NCBI GenBank assembly: GCA_005797835.1
Contig: SYKG01000005.1
Location: 3,879 to 67,878 of the forward strand
DNA from: Methylotenera sp.
GTDB lineage: Bacteria; Pseudomonadota; Gammaproteobacteria; Burkholderiales; Methylophilaceae
Direction of reading: 5' to 3'
DNA length: 64,000 nt
The notes under the pieces were generated by a model that was not told where the DNA came from, did not search any database, and saw nothing but the letters and a program-made list of their open reading frames with translations. Each line of letters opens with the position of its first letter. The stretch's first letter is position 1. The position numbers and the translations under genes are program-made. Below are positions 48,236 through 58,465 of this stretch, one piece after another.

Positions 48236-48354
48236 ATTAAATATTTAAGAGATGAACACTTAAAAAACTATTGATACTAACCATATGAATATTATTGTAA
48301 GTATGGATCTAATGAGATCTTAACGAATAAACAAATTAATAAAACTTTTAAACA

Positions 48355-48681
48355 TTAATAAATTTTTTGCAGTAAATAGAAGAGAATAAGCATCAGTGTG
48401 GCCACTAAAATCATAGAGGTATAATAACTATACCCATTTCTAAGTAGCCAGCTAAATAGCGGCAAAACTGGCATGACTGGAAATATATAGATAAAATTTT
48501 CGTTAGCTAATCTTGCGATTTTCTCGACATCTTTGCTTTCAAACCAAATTAAAGTATATGCAGTAAATGACATAATTGGCAGCGCTAAAAATAATGCTGC
48601 TAATTTTGTATCTTTTTTACTCAGTTCAGTCACAAGAAGAATCACTGAAACTGCAATAAGAATTTTTATAATATAGGCCAT
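48355..48681 (-). CDS. DUF3147-like small membrane protein
   Basis: ELSK..LAA...ALP..S; four TM segments. Confidence 0.7.
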   Translation of the reverse strand: MAYIIKILIAVSVILLVTELSKKDTKLAALFLALPIMSFTAYTLIWFESKDVEKIARLANENFIYIFPVMPVLPLFSWLLRNGYSYYTSMILVATLMLILFYLLQKIY

Positions 48682-49367
48682 TAATAAACAATCTGCATAT
48701 TAGCTTTTTCAGGTATTTTTGGTATAAAAGAAGCTTTATTAGCTTGAATTCTCTTTGCACTCCAGAGGACCGCAATCGCGTCTAGGATATCATCATCCAC
48801 GACCTCTTTTTTTAAATATTGATTTCTTAAAGTCTCAAAATTAAATCTTGGAAAATATTGATCTAATAATGCTTTTCTTATATCAAATCCTTGAGCACTT
48901 TTTTTACTTTCGAGAACTACTGCTTCATTATTCATAGCTCTAAAGCTTAATTCAGGGTGTATTTCATAAATTTTTATATTTTTATGATCAATGATAGTTT
49001 GGACGTCCTTAATTTTAGGAAATAAATACCATGATTGAAGGGAAATAGATTTTCCAAATTGTCTTTTGGACACGAGAGAAGCATTTTCATAACTGTCTTG
49101 TTGCAGCATATGTGGTGTCGGAGCCGTAAATATTGAAGATGCTTTTTTAGCCAACATTTTTCTGGCTAATTGATCTGCTTTACGTGGGATCTCATCCCCT
49201 AATATCACTGGCATATCAATTCCAATAATTAAGTAATCCTCATGGCTAAAGAATTTTTTAAGATCAACTAAGCTTTTAAAGATTGAAGATTGAATCCTCT
49301 CTTCGTAATCTTGCCAAACTGAAAACCAGCCTGCTTTACAGCCATCAATTCCAATGATTAAAGACAA
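48681..49367 (-). CDS. DUF429 (predicted RNase H-fold) protein
   Basis: GIDGCKAGW, IDMP, R.AD..AR, EIHPE, DDILDA. Confidence 0.85.
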   Translation of the reverse strand: MSLIIGIDGCKAGWFSVWQDYEERIQSSIFKSLVDLKKFFSHEDYLIIGIDMPVILGDEIPRKADQLARKMLAKKASSIFTAPTPHMLQQDSYENASLVSKRQFGKSISLQSWYLFPKIKDVQTIIDHKNIKIYEIHPELSFRAMNNEAVVLESKKSAQGFDIRKALLDQYFPRFNFETLRNQYLKKEVVDDDILDAIAVLWSAKRIQANKASFIPKIPEKANMQIVY

Positions 49368-49724
49368 TTAATTTACTCGACAATATTTAAGTTTATTAAA
49401 GCGCCACGCGGCAAAATATTTATAGAAGATTTTGCTACTTTGGTAAATTAAAGGTAAATTAATTAAGAGGCTTAATAATTTCCAACCTTTTAGATTTTTC
49501 CATATCAGGCAAAAAGCATCGATACCTTTATAGATCCTATTCTTATCATCAATAGCATGCAGGCTCATTAGCGATTCGATACGAGTGATGCGGTATTGAT
49601 TGAGTAATTGTTTATGAGTGTGAATATTACACCAAAGGAAAGTACCTCTGGGTGCAATCGATTTGTAGTAATTGATTTCTTTTGAACACAAACTGCATTG
49701 GTTATCAAAAAGTATTTTTATCAT
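49368..49724 (-). CDS. DCC/DUF393 thiol-disulfide oxidoreductase family protein
   Basis: FDNQCSLC, G.DAF, Y..FA..R. Confidence 0.88.
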   Translation of the reverse strand: MIKILFDNQCSLCSKEINYYKSIAPRGTFLWCNIHTHKQLLNQYRITRIESLMSLHAIDDKNRIYKGIDAFCLIWKNLKGWKLLSLLINLPLIYQSSKIFYKYFAAWRFNKLKYCRVN

Positions 49725-49739
49725 AATTTTTTACTTATT

Positions 49740-49820
49740 AAAAAAAAAGAATGACTCCAAACCATTCGGGGGAAAATTTGGAGCCAAACGAGCAATATTT
49801 CAGCTTACTGCTTACCTTAT
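49740..49820 (-). ncRNA. Candidate small RNA or attenuator with a C-rich loop and terminator
   Basis: Minus strand reads GGCTCCAAA-TTTTCCCCCGAATGG-TTTGGAGTC-ATTC-T9 in an intergenic gap. 5' end unknown. Confidence 0.4.
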
Positions 49821-49937
49821 TGATTCACTATGTGAATAAAAATTCATTTTTTTTAGAAAGTAAAAAAATCCTAAAGTAATAGCCGGCTATTTAACCTTAG
49901 CAATTAATTTTTTTACATTTTCTGTTAAAATTGATTC

Positions 49938-51227
49938 ATGATTAGTGCACTGATTTTCATTTTTGTTCTGACTTATATCACTATAACTCTAGAACATTCT
50001 ATTCATATTAATAAATCAGCTACCGCTTTATTGGGTGCAGGTGTTCTCTGGACGATTTACGCTCTTGCTACCAATAATAATATACTTGTTAACCATCAAC
50101 TAAGTGAATCGATTTCCTCCACAGCTGGAATTGTTTTTTTCCTTATTGGGGCGATGACAATTGTTGAGGTCATTGATGCTCATAACGGTTTTGATGTTAT
50201 CACTTCCCGAATAAAGGCTAAAAAACTTACCTCATTGTTGTGGATTATAGGCTGGCTTTCCTTCTTTCTAAGTGCAGTATTAGATAATTTAGCTGCCACG
50301 ATCGTGATGATTTCTTTAATAAGAAAGCTATTACAAAAACAAGAGGACAGGCTTTTATTTGCTGCCATTGTGGTCATTGCAGCAAATGCAGGGGGGGCTT
50401 GGTCACCTATTGGAGACGTGACAACAACTATGCTATGGATTGGAGGCCAAGTCACTTCGCTCGCCATTATTAAAAGTCTATTCTTAGCCTCCTTAGCTAA
50501 TCTCATTGCCCCTCTATTATTCGTAACTTATTTAATGCGAGGTAAAAATATCTCTTTTCAAGCAAGTAAAATTTCAACGACGACATCCTCAGTATCAACA
50601 TCAAATTTTGAGAAAAATACAATGTTCTATTCGGGTCTTGGTATTTTAATCATGGTCCCTGTTTTTAAAACATTGACGCATTTACCACCTTTTATGGGCA
50701 TACTTTTTGGTTTGGGTATCCTTTGGTTGCTAGGGGATTTAATACATTATAAAAAAGAAGAAATTGATAAAAAACAATTTACCTTGGCTCATGCATTGCA
50801 TCGAATAGATATGACATCGATTGTCTTTTTTATTGGTATTCTATTGGCTGTTGCTACACTGGAACACAGTCACATACTTAATGCGTTTGCTGAAACTTTA
50901 AATTCTCTATTTGGACGGGATGATTTAATTGTGATTTCGCTAGGCTTAGTGAGCGCCATTGTAGATAATGTCCCCCTAGTAGCAGCATCTATGGGCATGT
51001 ATGACTTAGCACAATATCCGCCTGATAGCTTCTTGTGGGAGTTTATGGCTTATTGCGTAGGCACTGGAGGATCAATACTTATTATTGGTTCGGCTGCAGG
51101 TATTGCGGCAATGGGTTTAATAAAAATCCCATTTTTTTGGTATCTTAAAAAAATTAGCTGGTTGGCACTCATTGGTTATTTTGCTGGCATTGCGACTTAT
51201 ATTCTTCAATATCAGTTAACACATTAA
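49938..51227 (+). CDS. nhaD: Na+/H+ antiporter, NhaD family
   Basis: GAMTIVE..D.H.GF, LDNL, AANAGGAWSPIGDVTTTMLW, VDNVP, GTGGS.LIIGSAAG. Confidence 0.92.
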   Translation: MISALIFIFVLTYITITLEHSIHINKSATALLGAGVLWTIYALATNNNILVNHQLSESISSTAGIVFFLIGAMTIVEVIDAHNGFDVITSRIKAKKLTSLLWIIGWLSFFLSAVLDNLAATIVMISLIRKLLQKQEDRLLFAAIVVIAANAGGAWSPIGDVTTTMLWIGGQVTSLAIIKSLFLASLANLIAPLLFVTYLMRGKNISFQASKISTTTSSVSTSNFEKNTMFYSGLGILIMVPVFKTLTHLPPFMGILFGLGILWLLGDLIHYKKEEIDKKQFTLAHALHRIDMTSIVFFIGILLAVATLEHSHILNAFAETLNSLFGRDDLIVISLGLVSAIVDNVPLVAASMGMYDLAQYPPDSFLWEFMAYCVGTGGSILIIGSAAGIAAMGLIKIPFFWYLKKISWLALIGYFAGIATYILQYQLTH

Positions 51228-51251
51228 CATTTAAGTCTGAATCATTCTCTC

Positions 51252-51722
51252 ATGGATACTCTAAGTCACGCTCTGTGGGGCTATGGATTGTTTGGGTATA
51301 AGCGATATCCTTGGATTGCTATTTTTTTTGGTGCAATGCCTGATCTCATTTCATTTGGATTATTGATAGCCATAAATCTCATATCAGGGCTTTGGCATTT
51401 TGGACCACCAACTATAGACACAATTCCATCTTGGACCTTCTTCACTTATTCACTAGGCCATAGTTTTATTATATGTTTACCTGTTATCTTCGTCATATAT
51501 CGGGTGAACCGAGCATTGGCTATGGCTATGTTAGCCTGGCCATTTCATATTATTTTAGATTTTCCCTTTCATTCCGAGGCTTACTTTGCAACCCCAATTT
51601 TTTGGCCAATATCTGATTTTAGAGTAGATGGCATATCCTGGTCTCGATGGTATATATGGTATCCAAACATTTTACTTCTTAGTATTTTACTCATTTACCG
51701 CTTTAAAAAAAAAGGTCAATGA
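51252..51722 (+). CDS. Membrane-bound metal-dependent hydrolase (YdjM-like)
   Basis: MD..SH, PD, HS, H...D, FWP. Confidence 0.75.
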   Translation: MDTLSHALWGYGLFGYKRYPWIAIFFGAMPDLISFGLLIAINLISGLWHFGPPTIDTIPSWTFFTYSLGHSFIICLPVIFVIYRVNRALAMAMLAWPFHIILDFPFHSEAYFATPIFWPISDFRVDGISWSRWYIWYPNILLLSILLIYRFKKKGQ

Positions 51723-51851
51723 AAATTAAGTATCCTACATTTAATTAATTTATCACCCCTTATTTTTTGTTAGTCATTAAGGTTTCAATTTAATAGCTAT
51801 TACTTTACAATTGCCGAAACTTAAGCTTAAAAAGAATTAGAGGTAATTATC

Positions 51852-53198
51852 ATGTCAGAAAAAAATAGCATTGATAAGAAACTATCCAGTATAAAAAACT
51901 TGCTTGCTAAGCAAAATCTGGTTGAAGGTCTGACTCAAAGGCAAGACATGTCTCGTCAAGATATAGTGCAATTTCTCATCCAAAAACAAAACTCCGTTGA
52001 ACTAGAAAAGCTTGTCAAAAAGCTTGAAATTAAAGATATTGCGCGAATTTTAGAGACTTTATCAGAACAAGAACGTACTGTCGTATGGAACCACATTGAA
52101 ATTAATCGCCGTGATGATGTGCTTCTCGTAATTTCAGATGATATTCGTTTAGATCTTGTATCTGATGAAACACAGAATAAAGAACAAATTACAGTGATTC
52201 GTGTGTTCGATCTATTTAAAGGTCGGCTTCGTCAAATACCCATCTACAGTAGAAAAGATTTAGAGAAGGCTAAGCCTATTTGGGTAGATCTTGTCACACC
52301 TGAAATTGAACAGCTCGAATGGGCGAGAGAAATTTTTGGTGCACATGTCCCTAATCCTAATGAGTTAACAGACCTGGAAACCAGTGCGCGTTTTTACATA
52401 GAAGATAATGGTGAAACTCATCTTCACTCTAACTTTTTACTCGACACCACTAAAGAAGCTAAAAATGTGACAGTCGCCTTTATTCTCAAAGATAAAATCC
52501 TCTTCACTGTAAGAAATGAAGAATTACCTGTATTTAGACTTCAGCGCCTTAGAGCGCGAGCTGAAGCAGGGTATGTATCACAAGCTAAAGATGTGTTATT
52601 AGATTTGTATGCAGCTGATATCGAATATTCTGCTAATGCTCTTGAGGATGTATATTCAAGATTAGAAAAAGTGGGTAAGCAAGTTGTAAAGTCATATATG
52701 ACAAATAGTCAGGCAGCAAAAATTCTTTCTGATATAGCGATTGAGGAAGATCTTAACGGCAAGATTAGACGCAATGTGATGGATACTAGAAACGCCTTAT
52801 CATTTTTAATGCGTTCAAAGCTTTTATCAGTAAGCCAAAATGAGGACGTGAAAGAAATTTTACGCGACATTGATTCACTGGATGGACATACATCATTTTT
52901 ATCTAATAAGATTAATTTCCAAATGGATGCCACTGTTGGCTTCTTGAACGTTAATCAAAATATTGATTTGAAAAGATTGACCATAATTAGTGTAGTTTTT
53001 ATGCCTGTCAACATAATTGCGGGCATTGGGGGTATGTCTGAGTTTACAATGATGACAAACAGCATTCCTTGGCAATTAGCTTACAGCTTTTTCATGTTAC
53101 TAATGATTGCAATTGGTCTTCTCACATTTTTTGTATTAAGAGTGTCAGAAAGTAAGCGTATTAAAAAATTAAGATCGGAAAACGCTGCCGGTAAGTAA
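51852..53198 (+). CDS. corA: CorA Mg2+/Co2+ transporter with an N-terminal extension
   Basis: PIWVDL, ETSARF, RDIDSLDGH, GIGGMS at the GMN position, two C-terminal TM segments. Confidence 0.9.
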   Translation: MSEKNSIDKKLSSIKNLLAKQNLVEGLTQRQDMSRQDIVQFLIQKQNSVELEKLVKKLEIKDIARILETLSEQERTVVWNHIEINRRDDVLLVISDDIRLDLVSDETQNKEQITVIRVFDLFKGRLRQIPIYSRKDLEKAKPIWVDLVTPEIEQLEWAREIFGAHVPNPNELTDLETSARFYIEDNGETHLHSNFLLDTTKEAKNVTVAFILKDKILFTVRNEELPVFRLQRLRARAEAGYVSQAKDVLLDLYAADIEYSANALEDVYSRLEKVGKQVVKSYMTNSQAAKILSDIAIEEDLNGKIRRNVMDTRNALSFLMRSKLLSVSQNEDVKEILRDIDSLDGHTSFLSNKINFQMDATVGFLNVNQNIDLKRLTIISVVFMPVNIIAGIGGMSEFTMMTNSIPWQLAYSFFMLLMIAIGLLTFFVLRVSESKRIKKLRSENAAGK

Positions 53199-53219
53199 AA
53201 AAACCTAAAAGAAAGTATT

Positions 53220-53672
53220 TTATCTTTTAGGTTTTCCATCTTCATACAAAGTTTTTGATTTAATGTCACCATTTCTTTCCCAATATGTTTCATAGCCTAT
53301 TTTTTTTCCCTCTTTGAAAATGGCTTCAGATCTTTTTGCTCCATCGTCATACCAAGAAGAAAACAAGCCATCTTCTTGGCCATTTTTATAATGTGCCTCT
53401 AATTTTAGTTGACCATTTTCGTACCACTGATTCCAAATACCATCTTCTTTATCATTCTTATATGAAGTTTGGATGTATTTAATACCGCTGTTGTACCAAA
53501 AAGTTTCTAGCCCTTCTTTTTTCCCACTTACATAATGAACTTCATATTTAGTATTACCATTTTGATATTTTTCAGTTTGTGTTCCCGTAAACGGTTTTTC
53601 AACTTTCTCTTTTGCATAAGATAAAGGGGATAATAGAAAAAAAATAAATACTAAATATTGAATAATTTTCAT
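53220..53672 (-). CDS. Secreted MORN-variant repeat protein
   Basis: Signal peptide and repeated W/Y-Y-x-N/D-G...Y-K-x-G-x-x-D/E-G units. Confidence 0.85.
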   Translation of the reverse strand: MKIIQYLVFIFFLLSPLSYAKEKVEKPFTGTQTEKYQNGNTKYEVHYVSGKKEGLETFWYNSGIKYIQTSYKNDKEDGIWNQWYENGQLKLEAHYKNGQEDGLFSSWYDDGAKRSEAIFKEGKKIGYETYWERNGDIKSKTLYEDGKPKR

Positions 53673-53676
53673 AAGC

Positions 53677-54069
53677 CTAACTTGCTAAACAACTTGCTTT
53701 GAAATTTTGAGTCGTTACAAGTGATGCCCTTAAATCTTCTCTGGGGTAAAAGAAGGGCTCATTAAGATAAGATTGCTCAATCATTTTGCAGCTTTTTTGA
53801 TCTAATCGATTTACGCTTGCTAGGAAACATGAGGGATTATATTTAATAAGCTCCTCAATAAGTGCTGCATGTTTAGCCCTTTTTTCGTAGTCTGAAACAT
53901 CCTTAAGTGCAGTTTTAATGAACTGATTTAAACGTGCAGGATTGCTACATTGATTGATATTGCTGATAAATTTCTTTTGTAAATAGAGCTTTTGATTATT
54001 GGCATCTTGATTGGCCATCACTAATGAAAAGCTAAAAAGTGCTAAAAAGAATATGATTAGATTTCTCAT
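53677..54069 (-). CDS. Hypothetical secreted protein (four Cys)
   Basis: Signal peptide, AAGG RBS, co-oriented with the MORN gene. Confidence 0.7.
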   Translation of the reverse strand: MRNLIIFFLALFSFSLVMANQDANNQKLYLQKKFISNINQCSNPARLNQFIKTALKDVSDYEKRAKHAALIEELIKYNPSCFLASVNRLDQKSCKMIEQSYLNEPFFYPREDLRASLVTTQNFKASCLAS

Positions 54070-54270
54070 AGATTACCTTAATAAATAAATAAATAATGTT
54101 TTTGTCTTAAGTTTTAAGAAAAAGTTCACGGAAAAAAAGAGTAGTATTTAGTCATAGTATATCGAGTTTAATTGAATTTTTTATAGATGAGCATTTTACT
54201 CTGATAAACCTATTTTACGATTTATAATTTGTGAGTTACAGGTTTCGATTAGTATATTAGGAATTACCTT

Positions 54271-55014
54271 ATGCATTTTGAATCCATCGATTTTGCTATC
54301 AGTTTATGCCTATTATTTGGCGCAGTTTTGTATACATCGGTAGGGCACGCTGGAGCTTCAATCTATATTGCGATTATGACCCTATTTAATATCCCAAGTA
54401 GCATTATTAAACCTACCGCATTAGTTTTAAATATTTTTATTGCTTCATTTACGAGCTGGCGCTTTATCCAAAGGGGTTTCTTTGATTTAAAAGTGTTACT
54501 TCCGATCGCCATAGGTGCCATACCTTTTGCATTTTTAGGAGGTTACATGAATGCGCCGAGCCATATCTATAAATCTATTGTGGGTATAATTCTTTTAATA
54601 TCAGCTGTTTCACTTGTGACCAATCTTTCTAATAAGATCGATACAAATCTTAAGAAGCCACCGTTTCCCATGGCAGTTATAATCGGTTCATTGATTGGGT
54701 TTTTAGCAGGATTAACTGGAACAGGGGGCGGTATATTTTTATCTCCACTAATATTATTTTTAGGCTGGAGTTCAACAAAGACTACTTCAGGTATCACTGC
54801 GCTATTTATTTTAATTAATTCGAGCTTTGGATTGCTTGGGAATTATTCTTCTGTTCAGTATTTACCCAATCAACTAACTTTATTCATCTCAGCAACTTTG
54901 ATTGGTGCACTTATTGGTACAACGATAGGTATAAAATTTTATACGACTAATACTATTAAAAAAGTACTGGCATTGGTATTAGTCATTGCTGGATTTAAAT
55001 TATTACTTACCTAG
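54271..55014 (+). CDS. TauE/SafE family membrane transporter
   Basis: Y.SVGHAGAS.Y and G..AG..G.GGGIFLSP. Confidence 0.9.
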   Translation: MHFESIDFAISLCLLFGAVLYTSVGHAGASIYIAIMTLFNIPSSIIKPTALVLNIFIASFTSWRFIQRGFFDLKVLLPIAIGAIPFAFLGGYMNAPSHIYKSIVGIILLISAVSLVTNLSNKIDTNLKKPPFPMAVIIGSLIGFLAGLTGTGGGIFLSPLILFLGWSSTKTTSGITALFILINSSFGLLGNYSSVQYLPNQLTLFISATLIGALIGTTIGIKFYTTNTIKKVLALVLVIAGFKLLLT

Positions 55015-55019
55015 TTTTT

Positions 55020-56396
55020 TTAAAAAGGTAAATGAGATTTAGGAATAGCATTAGATAAAATAATTCTAAAAGAATTTTGAATTCTCTGTAATGCAATTTT
55101 GTTCTCAGCTTCAAATCTTAAAACAATCACAGGTGTGGTGTTTGAAGCTCGCATCAAACCAAATCCATCATGAAATTCAACACGTAAGCCATCAACTTTA
55201 ATGATTTCTATTGCATCTGCAAACTGTGCTTCATTTTGTAATTTTTTAATTAAGGCATGTGGTTCACCTTCCTTCATTTTAATTTGAAGTTCAGGGGTAT
55301 TAAAGCTATTAGGTAAACTGTTTAGAATCTGTGATGGGTTGTCAGAGCGACTCAATATCTCTAGAAGTCTAGTAGCAGCATATATACCATCATCAAAGCC
55401 ATACCAACGTTCTTTAAAGAAGATATGCCCACTCATTTCACCAGCTAACGCTGCATTGACTTCTTTCATTTTAGCTTTGATCAATGAATGGCCTGTTTTC
55501 CACATGAAAGGTTTGCCACCTTTATTTTTAATCCATTGAAATAAATTACGCGTAGATTTCACATCAAAGATAATTGTTGCGTTTGGATTTCGACTCAATA
55601 CATCCTCTGCAAATAATAAAAGTTGTCGATCTGGATAAATGATTTGACCATCTTTTGTGATTACACCCAATCGATCTCCATCACCATCAAATGCAAAACC
55701 TAATTCTGCATCACTTTTATTAAGGTGCACTTTCAATTCCTCTAAGTTATCTGGCTCCGATGGGTCAGGGTGGTGATTGGGAAATGTTCCATCCACATCA
55801 CAGAATAATTCCTCAACTGAACAACCAATACTTTCAAAAATTTTTCGAGCATATGCACCAGCGACGCCATTTCCGCAATCAATGACAATTTTCATAGGTC
55901 GTTTTAAATGAACATGATTCTTAATGGCTTCAATATAGTCATGTGTAATATCATATTTTTTTTCTATTCCATGACCATTATAAAAATTCTCTTTTACTAT
56001 GCGGATATAGAGTTTCTGTATCGCTTCTGTCGATAGAGTTTCACCCCCTAAGACTATCTTTAAACCATTGTAATCAGGCGGATTGTGACTTCCTGTGACC
56101 ATGACACCTGATTGAGTTTGGAGAAAGAATGTTGAGAAATAAACTATGGGTGTTGTGACCATCCCAAGATTAATCACATTAGTACCTGTTTTGAGTATGC
56201 CCTCAATAAGTGATTGTGACAGTTCTGGGCCTGAGAGTCTCCCATCAAAACCAATACAAATATCTTTTTGTTTTCGATCAACAGCTTCACTACCAATAGC
56301 GCGGCCTAAGATCTCAACGTATGCAGGAGTTAGGGTTTGACCAACAATCCCACGAATATCATAGGCCTTAAAGATCTCTTTAGGGAGTAAAGCCAT
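55020..56396 (-). CDS. algC: Phosphomannomutase/phosphoglucomutase
   Basis: FKAYDIRG, TGSHNP, DGDGDR, GEMSGH, RASNT. Confidence 0.95.
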   Translation of the reverse strand: MALLPKEIFKAYDIRGIVGQTLTPAYVEILGRAIGSEAVDRKQKDICIGFDGRLSGPELSQSLIEGILKTGTNVINLGMVTTPIVYFSTFFLQTQSGVMVTGSHNPPDYNGLKIVLGGETLSTEAIQKLYIRIVKENFYNGHGIEKKYDITHDYIEAIKNHVHLKRPMKIVIDCGNGVAGAYARKIFESIGCSVEELFCDVDGTFPNHHPDPSEPDNLEELKVHLNKSDAELGFAFDGDGDRLGVITKDGQIIYPDRQLLLFAEDVLSRNPNATIIFDVKSTRNLFQWIKNKGGKPFMWKTGHSLIKAKMKEVNAALAGEMSGHIFFKERWYGFDDGIYAATRLLEILSRSDNPSQILNSLPNSFNTPELQIKMKEGEPHALIKKLQNEAQFADAIEIIKVDGLRVEFHDGFGLMRASNTTPVIVLRFEAENKIALQRIQNSFRIILSNAIPKSHLPF

Positions 56397-56399
56397 AAA

Positions 56400-56594
56400 T
56401 TATTTAGATTCTTCAATCCAAGCAAGCTGAATGGCTTCTAGAATTTTTTCCCCACATTTATGAGGGTCATCTTGAAAACCTTCGAGGTCCAAAATCCATT
56501 GATAAAGATCAGTAAATCGAATTATTTTTGGGTCTATATCGGGATATTTATCGAAGAGTGCTTCAGCAATCCTCTGACTATCAGTCCAATACAT
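56400..56594 (-). CDS. iscX: Fe-S cluster assembly protein IscX
   Basis: W.D...[18 protein letters not shown]. Confidence 0.93.
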   Translation of the reverse strand: MYWTDSQRIAEALFDKYPDIDPKIIRFTDLYQWILDLEGFQDDPHKCGEKILEAIQLAWIEESK

Positions 56595-56749
56595 ACAAAC
56601 CTTTCTTTCTAAATATGTTGGAAGATTATAACTTTTAGACTTTATCTAAGATAGAACTTCGTTAATAAAGATAGGTCAGACCCATGATAAAATAACATAT
56701 TTTCAGAGATAAAATCTCCCATCATTTTAAATACATAGCGGAAATATAT

Positions 56750-57997
56750 ATGTTCAGTAAAGCTCAAAAATTAAGTATTGTAGACCCGGACATTGCACTT
56801 CAAGTTAACCAAGAAGTGAAGCGTCAAGAAGATCATATTGAGCTCATTGCTTCCGAAAATTATACAAGTCCAGCTGTAATGGAAGCCCAAGCCTCTCAAC
56901 TTACAAATAAATATGCGGAAGGATATATAGGTAAACGTTTCTATGGCGGTTGCGAGTTTATTGACAATGTTGAACAAATTGCGATTGATCGCTTAAAAAA
57001 ATTATATGGTGCTGAGTATGTGAATGTGCAACCTCACTCAGGAAGCCAAGCGAATCAGGCAGTTTACTTTGCAATACTCAAACCCGGTGACACAGTTATG
57101 GGTATGCACTTAGGGGATGGAGGTCATCTCACTCACGGTTCTCCAGCGAATTTATCGGGAAAACTCTTTAAAATTGTGCCTTACGGCCTTAATGCCAGTG
57201 AAGAGCTTGATTATGATGCAATGGAAAAACTTGCGATCGAATCAAAACCTAAACTCATTATTGGCGGTGCTTCAGCTTATGCTTTACACATTAATTGGGA
57301 GCGTATGTCTCAAATTGCAAAAAAAGTAGGTGCTTATTTCATGGTCGATATGGCACACTATTCAGGTTTGATTGCTGCAGGCGTTTATCCCAGCCCAGTT
57401 CCCTTTGCAGATTTTGTGACATCTACCACGCATAAAACTCTAAGAGGTCCTCGTGGGGGTATTATTTTAGCGAAAGCTGAATTTGAAAAAAGTATTAATA
57501 GTTTAGTATTCCCTGGTTTACAGGGCGGACCCTTGATGCATGTTATTGCAGCGAAAGCAGTTGCTTTTCTGGAAGCATTAAAACCAGAATTTAAAGTTTA
57601 TCAGACCCAAGTCTTAAAAAATGCGCAAACAATGGCTAACTCACTAAGTAAGCGAGGTGTCCGCATTGTCTCAGGTCGCACAGAATCACATGTCTTTTTA
57701 GTTGATTTAAGACCAAAGGGATTGACTGGAAAACAAGCTGATGTGCTTTTAGGTCAAGCCCATATCACAGTAAATAAAAATTCAATCCCTAAAGATCCAG
57801 AGAGCCCTTTTGTGACCTCAGGTATTCGTATTGGATCTCCTGCAATAACGACCCGTGGCTTCAGAGAAGTAGAAGCAGATATGGTGGCACAAATGATTGC
57901 TGATATGCTTGATCATCCAAATGATGAAAAAGTAATTCAAGAAACTAAAGCTAAAGTAGAGGCTTTAACTGCCAAATTTCCTGTTTATGGATCTTAA
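56750..57997 (+). CDS. glyA: Serine hydroxymethyltransferase
   Basis: [24 protein letters not shown]. Confidence 0.98.
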   Translation: MFSKAQKLSIVDPDIALQVNQEVKRQEDHIELIASENYTSPAVMEAQASQLTNKYAEGYIGKRFYGGCEFIDNVEQIAIDRLKKLYGAEYVNVQPHSGSQANQAVYFAILKPGDTVMGMHLGDGGHLTHGSPANLSGKLFKIVPYGLNASEELDYDAMEKLAIESKPKLIIGGASAYALHINWERMSQIAKKVGAYFMVDMAHYSGLIAAGVYPSPVPFADFVTSTTHKTLRGPRGGIILAKAEFEKSINSLVFPGLQGGPLMHVIAAKAVAFLEALKPEFKVYQTQVLKNAQTMANSLSKRGVRIVSGRTESHVFLVDLRPKGLTGKQADVLLGQAHITVNKNSIPKDPESPFVTSGIRIGSPAITTRGFREVEADMVAQMIADMLDHPNDEKVIQETKAKVEALTAKFPVYGS

Positions 57998-58018
57998 TTT
58001 TCGATTTAAAAACTTCCT

Positions 58019-58465
58019 GTGAGATGCCCATTCTGCGGAACTGATGATACTCAAGTCGTTGACTCAAGAGTAAACGATGAAGGGAATTCAATTCGCCGTC
58101 GCCGTCGATGTTCAGTATGCGATAAACGTTTTACTACCTACGAATCTGTTGAGCTTACTCTTCCTCAAATTGTAAAACAAAATGGTAAGCGTGAAGATTT
58201 TAGTCGCAATAAACTCCATCAATCATTTAGCCGCGCACTTCATAAGCGTCCTATACCTGTTGAAAATATAGACCAAGCTATTGAGCGTATCATTCAAAAA
58301 GTTTTAGCCTATGGTGAGAAAGAAATCACCGCGAGGGAATTAGGTGAAAGTGTGATGTATGAATTAAAAAAAATGGATAAGGTAGCTTATATTCGTTTTG
58401 CTTCTGTTTATAGAAGTTTTTCAGATGTTGAAGATTTTCATGATGTTATTCGTGACCTTGATTAA
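58019..58465 (+). CDS. nrdR: Transcriptional repressor NrdR
   Basis: [28 protein letters not shown]. Confidence 0.97.
   Translation: MRCPFCGTDDTQVVDSRVNDEGNSIRRRRRCSVCDKRFTTYESVELTLPQIVKQNGKREDFSRNKLHQSFSRALHKRPIPVENIDQAIERIIQKVLAYGEKEITARELGESVMYELKKMDKVAYIRFASVYRSFSDVEDFHDVIRDLD

Noticed and set aside
48296-48330. RpoE/ChrR-type promoter upstream of the photolyase (GATCC motif)
   Set aside because: The -10 element is a poor match and similar GATC sites elsewhere lack consistent spacing.
49740-49937. Na+/Li+ riboswitch for nhaD
   Set aside because: The U-tract is on the minus strand, and nhaD has a -10 box 6 nt before its ATG, so the hairpin is probably not in its leader. I recognised no riboswitch consensus.
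53220-54069. Toxin-antitoxin pair (YwqK-type label)
   Set aside because: Both proteins have signal peptides and no toxin domain is evident; MORN-variant repeats attract this label non-specifically.
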